This document shows positions 36,461-46,800 of a stretch of DNA of 60,827 nt, piece after piece. Numbering within the stretch: the first letter of the stretch is position 1; every line of letters starts with the position of its first letter. Source of the stretch: an uncultured Bacteriovorax sp. (lineage in GTDB: Bacteria > Bdellovibrionota > UBA2428); assembly GCA_964640545.1 (NCBI GenBank), contig CAZXHL010000002.1, forward strand, positions 1 to 60,827, read 5' to 3'. Made by a program: the position numbers and the translations under genes. The notes below the pieces were generated by a model. The model searched no databases and was not told the DNA's origin. It was given only the letters and a program-made list of their open reading frames with translations.

Positions 36461-37218
36461 AGATTCTGCTATTGCGTGGGTTGCTCAGGGATAAACGCCA
36501 CTGGGGAAACTTTCCTGAGATTCTAGATCAATCTTTAGGTGGCAAATACCACATAGAACTTTTGGATCTTCCCGGGATTGGCACTGAAATTTCTCGACCC
36601 TTTCCTTTAAATATGGATGAGGTGGTACACGATTTGCGTCGCCGTTCGGGGGTGATCGACAACAGAGAAGAACTTCTGATTGTGAGTAACTCATTGGGAT
36701 CTATGATTTCAATGCACTGGGCAGCTTTGTATCCAGAGGATATTAAGGGCCTTGTCTTGATGAATACCTCAGCGTCGAATCTAAGCAATTTGAAAGAGCG
36801 ATTGAGTGTGAAAGCACTTCAAGTTTTTGCAAAAGTTGTTGCATCAAAAGACCCTGTAGAAAGAGAGAGGCTCATTCTAAGCATTGTAAGTCGAAGGTAC
36901 GGAAATGACCTAGAGCAAGCAAAGACTTGGTCAGAGTATGCTCTGACACACAAAGAAATGCTGGAGTTGGGAATGCGCCAATTGTGGGTGGCTTCTCGTT
37001 TTGAGCTGGTCGCACCTTTGGAGGTTCCAAGTTTGATGCTTTGTTCGACTCAAGATGAGCTGATTGACCCGGTGGCATGTATGAAGGTGGCGAAGGCTCT
37101 TGGTGCGGATCAACGGTTCAACCATAAAGGCGGTCATGATTTGCCTCTTGATGAGCCGGAATGGATCGGTCAGGAAATCAATCAGTGGCTTCAGCTGTTT
37201 TCGTCTTCAACAGATTGA
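36457..37218 (+). CDS. Alpha/beta-hydrolase
   Basis: ATGA overlap with the upstream stop, MKILLLRGLLRDKRHWG, and nucleophile elbow VSNSLGS. The listed ORF start at 36214 is an out-of-context extension. Confidence 0.55.
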   Translation: MKILLLRGLLRDKRHWGNFPEILDQSLGGKYHIELLDLPGIGTEISRPFPLNMDEVVHDLRRRSGVIDNREELLIVSNSLGSMISMHWAALYPEDIKGLVLMNTSASNLSNLKERLSVKALQVFAKVVASKDPVERERLILSIVSRRYGNDLEQAKTWSEYALTHKEMLELGMRQLWVASRFELVAPLEVPSLMLCSTQDELIDPVACMKVAKALGADQRFNHKGGHDLPLDEPEWIGQEINQWLQLFSSSTD

Positions 37219-38546
37219 AGTAGGTCGTCTATCGTTACTTCTTTCGTTACTTCTTTGTCGTCTTCAGTTTCGTTTTCTGACGGGGCAGAGTTAGAGCTAG
37301 AGGCAGAGATCTCAGGTTCTTTTCTATCGCTATCCGCAATAACACTTTCCCCAGAATTTATCTGAGCTTCAGCTTCTCTAAGGGCATCTTCTAGCGACAT
37401 TTCACCATCCGACTTTTCAGATTCCTTCTCGAGTTGCTCCTCTACAGATCCAAAAAAGTCTTCATCATTCTCTCTGGCTGGAATGATTGTATCGTCGGGA
37501 AGACTTGTTGGCTCTTCCGTAGTTTCAGGGCCAGACTGTTTGGGGGCGGAAGCAATCGACGCAAAATCTTTGGCGAGCTTATGTTTTCTGAGCAATTTTT
37601 TAGCGGCAAGTTTGGGGCCGAGAGCGAGAGCGATAATAAAGTAAGTTTTAAGCTGACGCTCTGATACCGACCCATCTCCAGATAGTCTGATGTTCAAGCT
37701 TCCCAAGGTATTGCTTCGGTGACGAATCGGAAACACAAGTAGCGAGGTGATCTTAATGCTCTTTACTTGATCTTGAATATCTTTTGTAAGTGGGTTTTGT
37801 GTAATGTCTTTGATGTAGATGATGTTTCCGTTTAGCAAGACTTCACGCACTTCAGGGTATCTCTCAAGGTCTATTTCTAGGTCCATAAGAGTGTTGTCAT
37901 CAGAACTTGCAGCGACTAGTCCGCGGTTCGTTTCGAGGTCACCTTCAATGAGGTTGACTCTTTTGCTGTCGGCGTTTGTGGCAACGGCCTCAAGGACTGT
38001 TGTTAGAGCTTCATGATGGTCAGTGATTTCGGAGAGTGAGCGAAGAGATTCGTAAATCAAGTCCACGTTTTTCTGGGAGGCCGCTAAGTTTGGGGCATCC
38101 ATTGATTCGCTTGGGGGACTCGCCTCATTCAAAGCTTCTGGATTGAACATTTCACGTTCTTGGAGCTGATACCTAAGACGATCAAGCATCAGTTGAGGCT
38201 CAAAGGGGTCTAAGATAAAATCGTCTGCACCAGCTTTCACTGATTCTCGAATGTTATTGATCGAGTTGTGTGCCGTTAGGACGATGATCTTCGCCGCGGG
38301 CATGTCGGCTTTGATGGCTTTGATTCTATTCAACGTGCTCTTCCCGTCAAGAAACAGGTTGATCACGACGATGTCGGGAGTGGCCTCTCTTAGCTCGCTA
38401 ATAAAATTGGCATCAGTGTTCGAGCCGACATGAAACGTGACCCGCAAGTTCTGTGACTCTAGGAGTTCAGTAAGGCGGCTAAAGCGATTCTTGTTGGCAT
38501 CGACTATTGAGATGCGAAATGAGGGCGTTTGATCTGGCGAGCTCAT
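37191..38546 (-). CDS. Atypical response-regulator receiver plus GAF domain protein with acidic C-terminal tail
   Basis: Receiver fold (RISIVDANKN...PDIVVINLFLDG...IIVLTAHN...GADDFILDPF), GAF-like core (ERYPEVREVLLNGNIIYIKDI...LLVFPIRHRSNTLGSLNI) and an Asp/Glu/Ser-rich tail. Confidence 0.6.
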   Translation of the reverse strand: MSSPDQTPSFRISIVDANKNRFSRLTELLESQNLRVTFHVGSNTDANFISELREATPDIVVINLFLDGKSTLNRIKAIKADMPAAKIIVLTAHNSINNIRESVKAGADDFILDPFEPQLMLDRLRYQLQEREMFNPEALNEASPPSESMDAPNLAASQKNVDLIYESLRSLSEITDHHEALTTVLEAVATNADSKRVNLIEGDLETNRGLVAASSDDNTLMDLEIDLERYPEVREVLLNGNIIYIKDITQNPLTKDIQDQVKSIKITSLLVFPIRHRSNTLGSLNIRLSGDGSVSERQLKTYFIIALALGPKLAAKKLLRKHKLAKDFASIASAPKQSGPETTEEPTSLPDDTIIPARENDEDFFGSVEEQLEKESEKSDGEMSLEDALREAEAQINSGESVIADSDRKEPEISASSSNSAPSENETEDDKEVTKEVTIDDLLQSVEDENS

Positions 38547-38565
38547 GATGTACTCTAAATATATC

Positions 38566-39033
38566 ATGAAATTGATTTTTGGACTGCTTTGGGGAAGATC
38601 TCAGAAGAATGTTAAGAGAGCATTTAGGGTCCCGGGAGCTGGCGAAATGTTTGAGTTTTACCTGGCTAGAATTCAGCGACATTTCCCGAACGCTAGCTGC
38701 GAGATACTGCCAGATGATAAAGTTTTGGTGAAATCGCAGGGGGATCAGATCTGGCTGTGCGAACGAGCACAGCGCGGAGCGAAAAACCCCTCTCCTGAAG
38801 AGCTGGCTGCGAAAATTGAGAATCTTAAAGTATCGGGGGCCTCACGATTGTGGATATTGATAGGGCCGCCGAATGGCTTAAGTGAGGCTGATCTAGAGGC
38901 CTTGAAGCCTGATTTTTTGTGGTCGTTTGGTAAGGGCACATATCCTCATGAGTTGGCAGCCCTGATCATGCTGGAGCAGAGCTATAGGGCACTAACGATA
39001 CTGGATAATCATCCGTATCATTTGGGCCATTGA
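38566..39033 (+). CDS. rlmH: 23S rRNA (pseudouridine1915-N3)-methyltransferase RlmH
   Basis: 155 aa from ATG 38566. It has the SPOUT C-terminus ...LILIGPPNGLS...LSFGKGTYPHELAALIMLEQSYRALTILDNHPYH. Confidence 0.8.
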   Translation: MKLIFGLLWGRSQKNVKRAFRVPGAGEMFEFYLARIQRHFPNASCEILPDDKVLVKSQGDQIWLCERAQRGAKNPSPEELAAKIENLKVSGASRLWILIGPPNGLSEADLEALKPDFLWSFGKGTYPHELAALIMLEQSYRALTILDNHPYHLGH

Positions 39034-39062
39034 TTCAATTGATATTACTTGCAAGCGGGGTC

Positions 39063-39578
39063 TTATTTTCGTGCGATAGACGGCTTGATCTTGCTCTCAT
39101 CAGATAAGCGATAAGATATGAAAGCCGCTTCTTCTCCCGGAAGAAAGCACTGATAGCTACGATTGTACTCACTAAGCTTTTTGGAAACCTGGGCACAACG
39201 CACAATCACTCTATCTATGATTCCCGACTTCACGAGTTCGAGTTTGAATTCCAGTTGGTCATTCTCAATCCAGCTAGGATCGATCCCGATCTTAATGTTG
39301 ATTTCGTCATTGCTAGCGTGTCTTAAAAAGTTTTGGTCGACTCGCGCTAGCATGACTTCATTCTTTCTTTTGAAAGTAGCCCTTAACTCCGTACCAACAG
39401 CTTCTTTGAGGGCTGCGTTGGTATCAATGTTGAGTGTCTTGATTTCAAGAGTGTAATTCTTTGCTGAGGAATCATAGGCCGATGCGGGTTTACGCTTGGC
39501 GTGCGGTTCGGAATGCAAGTTGAAAATGCAAAGTGCACTTAGGGTAAAACCAAATAGGAAAAAATTACGATTTCTCAT
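39063..39578 (-). CDS. Secreted hypothetical protein
   Basis: Signal peptide FFLFGFTLSALCIFNLHS. Confidence 0.3.
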   Translation of the reverse strand: MRNRNFFLFGFTLSALCIFNLHSEPHAKRKPASAYDSSAKNYTLEIKTLNIDTNAALKEAVGTELRATFKRKNEVMLARVDQNFLRHASNDEINIKIGIDPSWIENDQLEFKLELVKSGIIDRVIVRCAQVSKKLSEYNRSYQCFLPGEEAAFISYRLSDESKIKPSIARK

Positions 39579-39744
39579 TTATGAGCCTCCAGCTCTTTTA
39601 TATGTTGCAAAAGGAGTGCCGCTCTAAGTTGTTGTTTTTGTGGGCTAAGATTTGGTGCTTTGTTGGAGCTTTCAGGCAGCTGTAAAAAGTTTGTACAGTT
39701 AGTAAAGGCTATAGTACTAGGGCTCTAGACTAGCTATTTAAGTA

Positions 39745-40284
39745 CTAGTTATTTAGGTAATAGATCATGACGCCATCGATTCCAGCGTCGGTCGCAGAAT
39801 ACAATTGAACATCAATGTACTCGCCAGCTTTTTCAAAGAGCCAATGAAATCTACCGGCACCTGAGAAGTCGTTTACCAATACAAAATCACCACGAGATGT
39901 GCTGATTGTGAGTTTCTTAAGGTCGAGGTTGAGGTAGTTAAGACTGTCTCTTATTGCGAGAACAAAAACGTCAGTCTTGATTTCTTGAAGCGTCACAATG
40001 TCTGAGTGTTGCTTCGGAAAAGTGTTGAGCTTGTAGTCGGATACTTTATCCTTCTTGTTTTCGCCTTTGCGATCGGCAAATGTCCCAACAATATCAGAGT
40101 GAAAGTCATCAGTGCTGTCGATTAAAACTGAAAGACGACCACTTTTGCTGGCAGAAATGGCAGCAGATACTGATGCATTCAACTTCTTTTCTTGAGGAGT
40201 AGGAACAATTTTACAACTTGTGAAAATGAATAGAAGTCCAAACATTGCTATCTTTGAAAATTGTTTCATTCCTATTGTTCCCAT
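39745..40284 (-). CDS. Hypothetical lipoprotein
   Basis: Lipobox IFTSCK. It starts 4 nt after the upstream gene ends. Confidence 0.4.
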   Translation of the reverse strand: MGTIGMKQFSKIAMFGLLFIFTSCKIVPTPQEKKLNASVSAAISASKSGRLSVLIDSTDDFHSDIVGTFADRKGENKKDKVSDYKLNTFPKQHSDIVTLQEIKTDVFVLAIRDSLNYLNLDLKKLTISTSRGDFVLVNDFSGAGRFHWLFEKAGEYIDVQLYSATDAGIDGVMIYYLNN

Positions 40285-40288
40285 TCTC

Positions 40289-40549
40289 TTATTTCAGTTC
40301 TTTAATGCTTCCGGGGTTTCTGCTTTGCCCGAGAGCTGAATATATTTTACTAATACTATCTAATTCTGTTGGTTTGGCAAATGACCGCTGCTTCGCGGAA
40401 AGAGCTTCGACTTTTTTGATGTTCACCGTGGCTTCTTGCCTCGCATGAAAGTCGATACTTTGTTTGTCTAATAAGTTCACAGCGGCAAAAGCAGCAATAG
40501 CAAAAAACAACCACGGCAGGTGGCTTAAAACGTCTTCCTTAGTCTTCAT
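40289..40549 (-). CDS. Small single-TM protein
   Basis: TM LPWLFFAIAAFAAVNLL. It is packed 1 nt after the vWA lipoprotein gene. Confidence 0.3.
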   Translation of the reverse strand: MKTKEDVLSHLPWLFFAIAAFAAVNLLDKQSIDFHARQEATVNIKKVEALSAKQRSFAKPTELDSISKIYSALGQSRNPGSIKELK

Positions 40550-40550
40550 C

Positions 40551-41765
40551 TTATTGTACCTCGTAGCTCACAAGGATGGTGTCGCCGTTGTTTGGCTGCC
40601 AACCACCGTGAAATTTGAGCTCCAAAGTATTGGTATCAAGACTCCAGCCACTTCCGTTGCTTTGAGGTACTTGGCTTCCGTTGATGGTAACAACCATGGA
40701 AGAAAGCTTGGGTAGACGATTGAGCTTCATGATCATGTCGAAAGTGATTTCAACCGTAGCATTATCAGCAGGCTTGGCGGCGTTTTTGAAGACTACTTCG
40801 TTTGTATTGGATTTGAAGGTCCAAGTGTTGATGCCTGGATTTACAACAGATCCATTTACTCTAACGACGATGCTTGATGGTTCAGCGTTGGCTTGAACCG
40901 CGAAGCGTCTTGTTGGTTTGCTAACATCATTCGCAAGGTTCTCTAGCGACGCAGCAAGGTTGTCATAGTCGCCTAGGCAGCGGAAAGAGTCTCCGCCTGC
41001 ATCAAGAGAGCTGGCGACAGATAGCAAGCGTGTTCCGGCTTTGTAGCCATAGTTTGCGCTTCCAAGTAGTGGACAGCTTGTATTGTTGCCTGTGGTTACG
41101 AAAGCTCTTGCGCTGATGTGATCAGGATGACTTTTCTGCGAAGCCAAAACATCGGCGTAGTGAGACGTCGTTCCGCCACCGGCAACACCTGAGAGATCAT
41201 GACTTCTATCGTCAGCATCAGAGATAAAGACATAAACCAATTGAGATCCTTGTCTCACGAAATTGCTGTATTGACTTTCGATCACTCGTTTCGCAGTCTC
41301 TAAAATGACTGGAACGTTGGGTGCGTTAGGCACTCCCATATCAGCGATGCCATTGGCGATTTGTGATTGAGTGCTGATTCCTGAAGTAGGAGTCAGTATA
41401 GAACCTATGAAATTTGTTGGAAGGTGTTGCAAAGCCAATCCGTTGGATTGAGTGGTACCTCTAGCGAAGCCAACGCGGTAATCGATATCTTCATTCTGAA
41501 GATAGCTTGCGAAGTCGTAGAGCGCACTCTCAAGCCCGGCTTTCGATACGTTCATCGAATAGCTGGTGTCAGGCACAATCAAGTAATCTGCCTGCAACAG
41601 CTTGCTAGCTTGTTGGTAGTAGTCTCTATTGTCATATACGAATTGCTCCGTAGCTGTAGGAACAAATGTTGTTGGCTCATTACAAGCGCCCAACATGCCC
41701 ACTGCGATTAGAGCAGCATACGTATATAAATAGTTGTGCATTTTTTTCCCCAAAGTGTTCCCCAT
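40551..41765 (-). CDS. vWA-domain lipoprotein with C-terminal beta-sandwich repeats
   Basis: Lipobox MLGAC, MIDAS DxSxS (IVPDTSYSMN) and the later acidic strand VYVFISDADD. The start is ATG 41765 or 41741. Confidence 0.55.
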   Translation of the reverse strand: MGNTLGKKMHNYLYTYAALIAVGMLGACNEPTTFVPTATEQFVYDNRDYYQQASKLLQADYLIVPDTSYSMNVSKAGLESALYDFASYLQNEDIDYRVGFARGTTQSNGLALQHLPTNFIGSILTPTSGISTQSQIANGIADMGVPNAPNVPVILETAKRVIESQYSNFVRQGSQLVYVFISDADDRSHDLSGVAGGGTTSHYADVLASQKSHPDHISARAFVTTGNNTSCPLLGSANYGYKAGTRLLSVASSLDAGGDSFRCLGDYDNLAASLENLANDVSKPTRRFAVQANAEPSSIVVRVNGSVVNPGINTWTFKSNTNEVVFKNAAKPADNATVEITFDMIMKLNRLPKLSSMVVTINGSQVPQSNGSGWSLDTNTLELKFHGGWQPNNGDTILVSYEVQ

Positions 41766-41811
41766 AATAAAAAATCCTTCAAGCCAATAGCAGCAAGACT
41801 TGGGCCAGTGT

Positions 41812-42732
41812 CTAATAACTACCCAATAGTTGGCGAGATTTGAGGATATCTTTTTGAATTTGCTGGGAAAGTGATTGGGGGCCATCGAATCGCATTTCGT
41901 CTCTTAACCTGTAAACAAATTCGACAGTTATTGATTTTTCATACAATTCTTCATTGAAATCTAACAAATGAGTTTCGAGTGATAATGGGTGCTTATCACC
42001 GAAGCTAGGCTTGCGGCCAATATTGCTAACGGCCTGATATCTGGTTCCGTCTTCAAGCCGAGCAAAGCAAGCATAGACCCCTGAAAACGGAAGACAATGA
42101 TCGCTTGGAAGCGAAAGATTTGCGGTAGGGAAGCCTAGTCGTCGACCTTGCTTATGGCCATGCACAACGGCGCCAGTCATGCTGTATCGTCTTCCGAGCA
42201 TGGCGTTCGCAATGTCCAGATCACCACTGGCTAAGGCTTGCCTGATTCCAGAGCTAGAAATCATGCCTTGCTTTGAAATTTTAACAGGATCAATCATTTC
42301 GGCTTGGATGCCTAATTCCGTCGCCCATTCGTAGAGTTTTTGTGGGCTACCGGTGCGTTGATAGCCAAAGTGAAAGTTTCTGCCCACACATATATAGGAG
42401 GGGTTCAGGCCTTCAATGAGAATCTTCTCAAAAAACTCCTTAGCAGGGGTCTGCGAGAAGTCTCGATTGAACTCAATGACTTTAACTTGGTCCACTCCGA
42501 GGTCTCTGATGAGCTTGATTCTGTCGTCAATTGAGCAGAGTTTCGGAGGGGCTTCTTGCGGGCGAAGTATGGCAACGGGGTGAGGATCAAAAGTGACGAC
42601 AACGCTCCTACAGCCCTTGTCTTCGCAAGTATCTCTAAAATTATTGATTTTGGAAATAAGGGCGGCATGACCCAAATGCACACCATCGAAGTTTCCTATG
42701 GTGATTGCAGACTTGGTGTTGGGTGAGGTCAT
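41812..42732 (-). CDS. ribF: Bifunctional riboflavin kinase / FMN adenylyltransferase
   Basis: IGNFDGVHLGHAALI, the PTANL block (GFPTANLSL) and the C-terminal riboflavin kinase motif LEFVYRLRDE. Confidence 0.85.
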   Translation of the reverse strand: MTSPNTKSAITIGNFDGVHLGHAALISKINNFRDTCEDKGCRSVVVTFDPHPVAILRPQEAPPKLCSIDDRIKLIRDLGVDQVKVIEFNRDFSQTPAKEFFEKILIEGLNPSYICVGRNFHFGYQRTGSPQKLYEWATELGIQAEMIDPVKISKQGMISSSGIRQALASGDLDIANAMLGRRYSMTGAVVHGHKQGRRLGFPTANLSLPSDHCLPFSGVYACFARLEDGTRYQAVSNIGRKPSFGDKHPLSLETHLLDFNEELYEKSITVEFVYRLRDEMRFDGPQSLSQQIQKDILKSRQLLGSY

Positions 42733-42753
42733 GGCTTGCAGATCTTTCTAGGG

Positions 42754-43689
42754 CTATTTTTTTCTGAATTCAAGCAATCTAAATAATGCTGACTCTGCAT
42801 TCTTATTTTGCTTGGTGGCGAAGGAGAGGACCGTTGGTGTTGGAGCCCAGAAAGTATCTCCACGATTCATCTCAAAAGTTTGTAGATTTTTGTCGGCCAA
42901 AGTTTGGAGCAGGGCAGATCCTTCATCGAGAGTGAAAAGTGTAGGGTTTAAGGTTCGAAAGAATCCACTCTCTCCCATCTGAGAGCTAGTCTGAAAAGAC
43001 CACTCTAATATTCTTAACAGACTGTACGGGCGAATGACGGAAGGCAAGCGACTAAGGTCATAGTGTTGCCTTACGCGAATCTGTGCAGCTTTCGCTCCTG
43101 GTTGGATGGCATACAGAGGGTTAAATACTCTTGTGATGATTCCAAGCTCTGAAGCTTGACCGCTATAAAGTCCGTGGATGTTGAGCCGGGGGGTCCAAAG
43201 TTTCCCCTCTAAACCACGAAGATTGGCTTCGATTTTGAAAGTGCTGTCTTTGCTCGGGTCGTAAGGAAAATTGGCCCAGATGGAAGTGCATTTTTTTGTG
43301 CGATTATCGCACTTCACGTCGAGAGTTACGGGCCCGAGTCCTGGCCAGTAAACTTTGACCCAGGGAATGGCCGACATGTGAGTTGATTTTTCAATGAGCT
43401 TTCCAGAGGAATCCACAGGCAGAAGTGATTGGTTGACGTCCGTGACATCGACGATCACCTCCATGGAATACTTTTTATCATGAAACCAGATGTTGATTTC
43501 AAGATCACTTTTTTTCGTTTCCAAGCGTACAGAGTTCGCTCCAGTGAGAATGCTGTCGCGAAGTGAGACGTCGCTGTGTTCAACAGGATAGAGGAGGGAG
43601 GTGACCTTTTGCGGAGCTGCAGCGGCTGTGAGGCAATAGAGTAAGACTCCCGTGATAGCTAAAACTGGATTCTGCCAATTCTTGATCAT
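42754..43689 (-). CDS. Secreted hypothetical protein
   Basis: Signal peptide VLAITGVLLYCLTAAAAPQ. Confidence 0.35.
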   Translation of the reverse strand: MIKNWQNPVLAITGVLLYCLTAAAAPQKVTSLLYPVEHSDVSLRDSILTGANSVRLETKKSDLEINIWFHDKKYSMEVIVDVTDVNQSLLPVDSSGKLIEKSTHMSAIPWVKVYWPGLGPVTLDVKCDNRTKKCTSIWANFPYDPSKDSTFKIEANLRGLEGKLWTPRLNIHGLYSGQASELGIITRVFNPLYAIQPGAKAAQIRVRQHYDLSRLPSVIRPYSLLRILEWSFQTSSQMGESGFFRTLNPTLFTLDEGSALLQTLADKNLQTFEMNRGDTFWAPTPTVLSFATKQNKNAESALFRLLEFRKK

Positions 43690-43846
43690 TTATAATAGAC
43701 ATCAAAGCTCGAAGTGAGCGTCCTTTCAACCCACGAATATGAAGATTAGATTAAGAGAGCATTTTAGGCACACTTGGTGCACCATATCTTGGTACAGTGG
43801 GTATATGAGGGTCAAACCTTTGTTAAGGCTGTGTTAGGGGGAAAAC

Positions 43847-46800
43847 GTGGTCTCAAATTTGAGAAAGTGTTTAAAGTTTGGATGGCTTTTTATGGGGATT
43901 CCGTTCTCGGGTCTCTTATTGGCTAGTTCAACCTCTTACGCCTCCGCAATTGATTTTACTAATTTTGATGGTCTGGTTACTGACCATTTGGTTTCGACTT
44001 TTGGTCCAGATGAAATTGAGGCCATGCTTAGTAAGCTACCAAAAGAGTTAACAGCATCAGAACAAGCTTTTATTCTTTCTATCGCCGATGTTTCATCTAA
44101 CGACCTTATATTAGATGCCGTCGAGGCGAAGGCTCTTGAGGGATTGCTTCTAGAGGCTGAAATGAGAGCCCAAGAGAATTTGAATCTACTACTAGCTGCT
44201 GAAAGTGCAAAGTTGGGGGTTGATCTAGATTCCGAGGATACCACTGATGAGGATAAAGAAAAAGTGCTGGCGGCGGTGTCTGCTGGTCTAAGTGCGACAT
44301 CATCAACCGAGACAACTGAGATTCTCGACTTGCTTGGGTCAAAACATGGAAATGGTGGGGAGGTTTCGTCTGCTGATCTTGGCAGTCTCCTGCAGAGTTA
44401 CGCTCGGACTCATAGTGAATCCATTGCTGCGGTCAAACCTGCGGCAGAATTATATAGATTCTCCGAAAGTGGAGAAGCTTTAAGCTCAGCTGAAATAGTT
44501 GCAAAAGTTACGGATAGAAGCGCATCGTCTTTAGCGTCGTCATTTGATGATTTGGGTTTTGAAGCCAGAGATTTTGATTTGAGTCAGGTTCAAAAGTCGA
44601 ATGGGAATCCTTTGCTAGCCTCACTTGGAGGAATAGAGAACACTCTTTTCGATTCTTCTTTTGACGCTTCAGTTTATGTACCGGAGGAGGATATTCGAAA
44701 CTCTGCTGGTGGTCAGGCGCGTACTTTCACTAGAAATGGTGAAACAGTTATTTTTGAAGGTGCTTCGGATGCTACTGAAGTTTCCGACACTGGAACTGCC
44801 AATGCGCATGATGGCTCGGCTTCAACTTCTGCGGCGAGAAGTTTTGTGCCCGTGACACAAGAGGGTGTTGATGAGGGGGCAGCTCGAGGTCGCTCTTCTT
44901 CGTCAAGCGATAATGGTGGAAAGAGTGACAACGCTCAGCCATTAGCCTCAAATAGTCTCGACTCTGGTACTAGTCATACGGATACTGGAAGTTCTCCCGA
45001 ATTTACAGGTAATAACTTTACACAGAATAGCGAGAAATACGTTCCTGCTTCGTCAACTAAGCCCGAAGTTTCAAAGACAGTTCAGGTAGGTGAAAATGTA
45101 CAGAACGTGAATTCGGGCAATGAGGTGATTAGCTCGACGGCACCGAATAATGGCGATTTTAATCAAAATCTTGATGGAACTTCTACAGGGACATCTTTCG
45201 ATTTCAATTTTGACCCCGCCACGCTAGAGAATTTAACGCCACTTTTTTCGATTGACGAGGTGCCAGAAGGCTTTCGGTCGACGTACGGACAACTTGCCAA
45301 TACCACTGATCCTGTTGAAAGAGATCGGTACATCATAGATCGATGGGTCGAGGCTGAAGCTTCTTTTGATGCCCCTGAATGGAGCAAGGAAGTTGTTAAG
45401 GATCCGGAAGATCATGCTCAAGACGGGAGGGCGGCCGCTCAGTCCCCTTCTTCGCCGCAAACTTTATCATCTTCAATACCGGCCCCTAGGCAGGTTCTTT
45501 CGTCTGCGGATCTTGCTGAATGCAATAAAAGCATTTTGGGTGAAGTGATGCAGTTGATTGGGGAAAGTCCGACGTTTCAGCAATATGTATTCCCTACGTC
45601 TTCCGGAGCCTTGGATGTTAATGGTTCTGCGGTACTAAGTAGTATGAATTTGACTGCCGAAACTAAAAGCTTAGGGCAAACTAGTGTTGAGCGAATTTTC
45701 AATGAGCGAGAATTAGCTGAAAACTTTTGTTTGAGTCTTAAATCTCCTGAGGGAATTTCCGAAAGGGAGCTGTACAAGGCTAGGGCAGAGTTCTCCAGAA
45801 TTATTGCTGATCAGGCAACGCCTCTGCTCGAGCGTATTAGTGGGATGCCAGGGGTGGATTCTGAAACCCCGACATCTTATGATTTCGATGCTGCGCAATT
45901 AGATCTAGAGGCATCTATTGCTGAGACCAATAAAACCGTACAAGAAATTGGTGAGCTTTCTTTGACGGATAACTTTAATGGTCGCTCTGGAATTCTGGGA
46001 TTCGGAGTGGATAATTCTTCGTCTTCTGATCCAGCTAGTCTTTTTACTCAGACGCAGCCTTTAGCTGGGGCCGGAAATAGGAAAATAGCAAGTTTGGATG
46101 GGGCTCATCATTTTTTTAAGGATCAGGCTGAGAGATACGCTGAATTAGCGGAAGGCGCTGGAGATGAAAGAGCTTCTGGAGTTTGCTTTGATGCTGCGAC
46201 GTCATTTATGTTGGATTCACTTGACGGAAGTCTCAAACCTCCCGTTGGCCAGGACTGGAACCCCTTCAAGTTTAAAGCCGCTAGAATTATGGCGAGAAAT
46301 CTTGGAAGACGGACGGATAATCAGTATCCCGATCTTTGTGATTCGCTCAGAACGTTAAGAGAACAAAAACTTTCAAGCGTGAGCTTGTTAGAAGCTTATC
46401 TGAAGAAGAATCCAGATCCAGCAGACAAGCTGTTCAATGCCTTTTCATTACTACACTACGAAATGTTGAAGGCGTATCAGATAGCTTTGGACCTGCCATC
46501 AGATTGTGATTCTGCCGATACTGTCGTGAAGATGAATAGAGATTTGGTGGAGAAGAAGGCTACGCAGCTTTTTACTCATCAAAATCATGCGAAATATTTC
46601 AAAGGATTTTCCCGTGCAATTAATGATGATGAGTCTTCGTCTCGTCAACGTCTTAGTTGCTTAAACGCTGTGGTGCTTGATACAAAGGCCGCTTCAATTG
46701 TTGCAAAGACAGAGAATCCTGATGATGAAACCGCCAAGGCGATGAAGACTTTGGTTGGTAATCTGGCGAAGGCGAGAAGCGGAGTTCCGTTTGTCGACAC

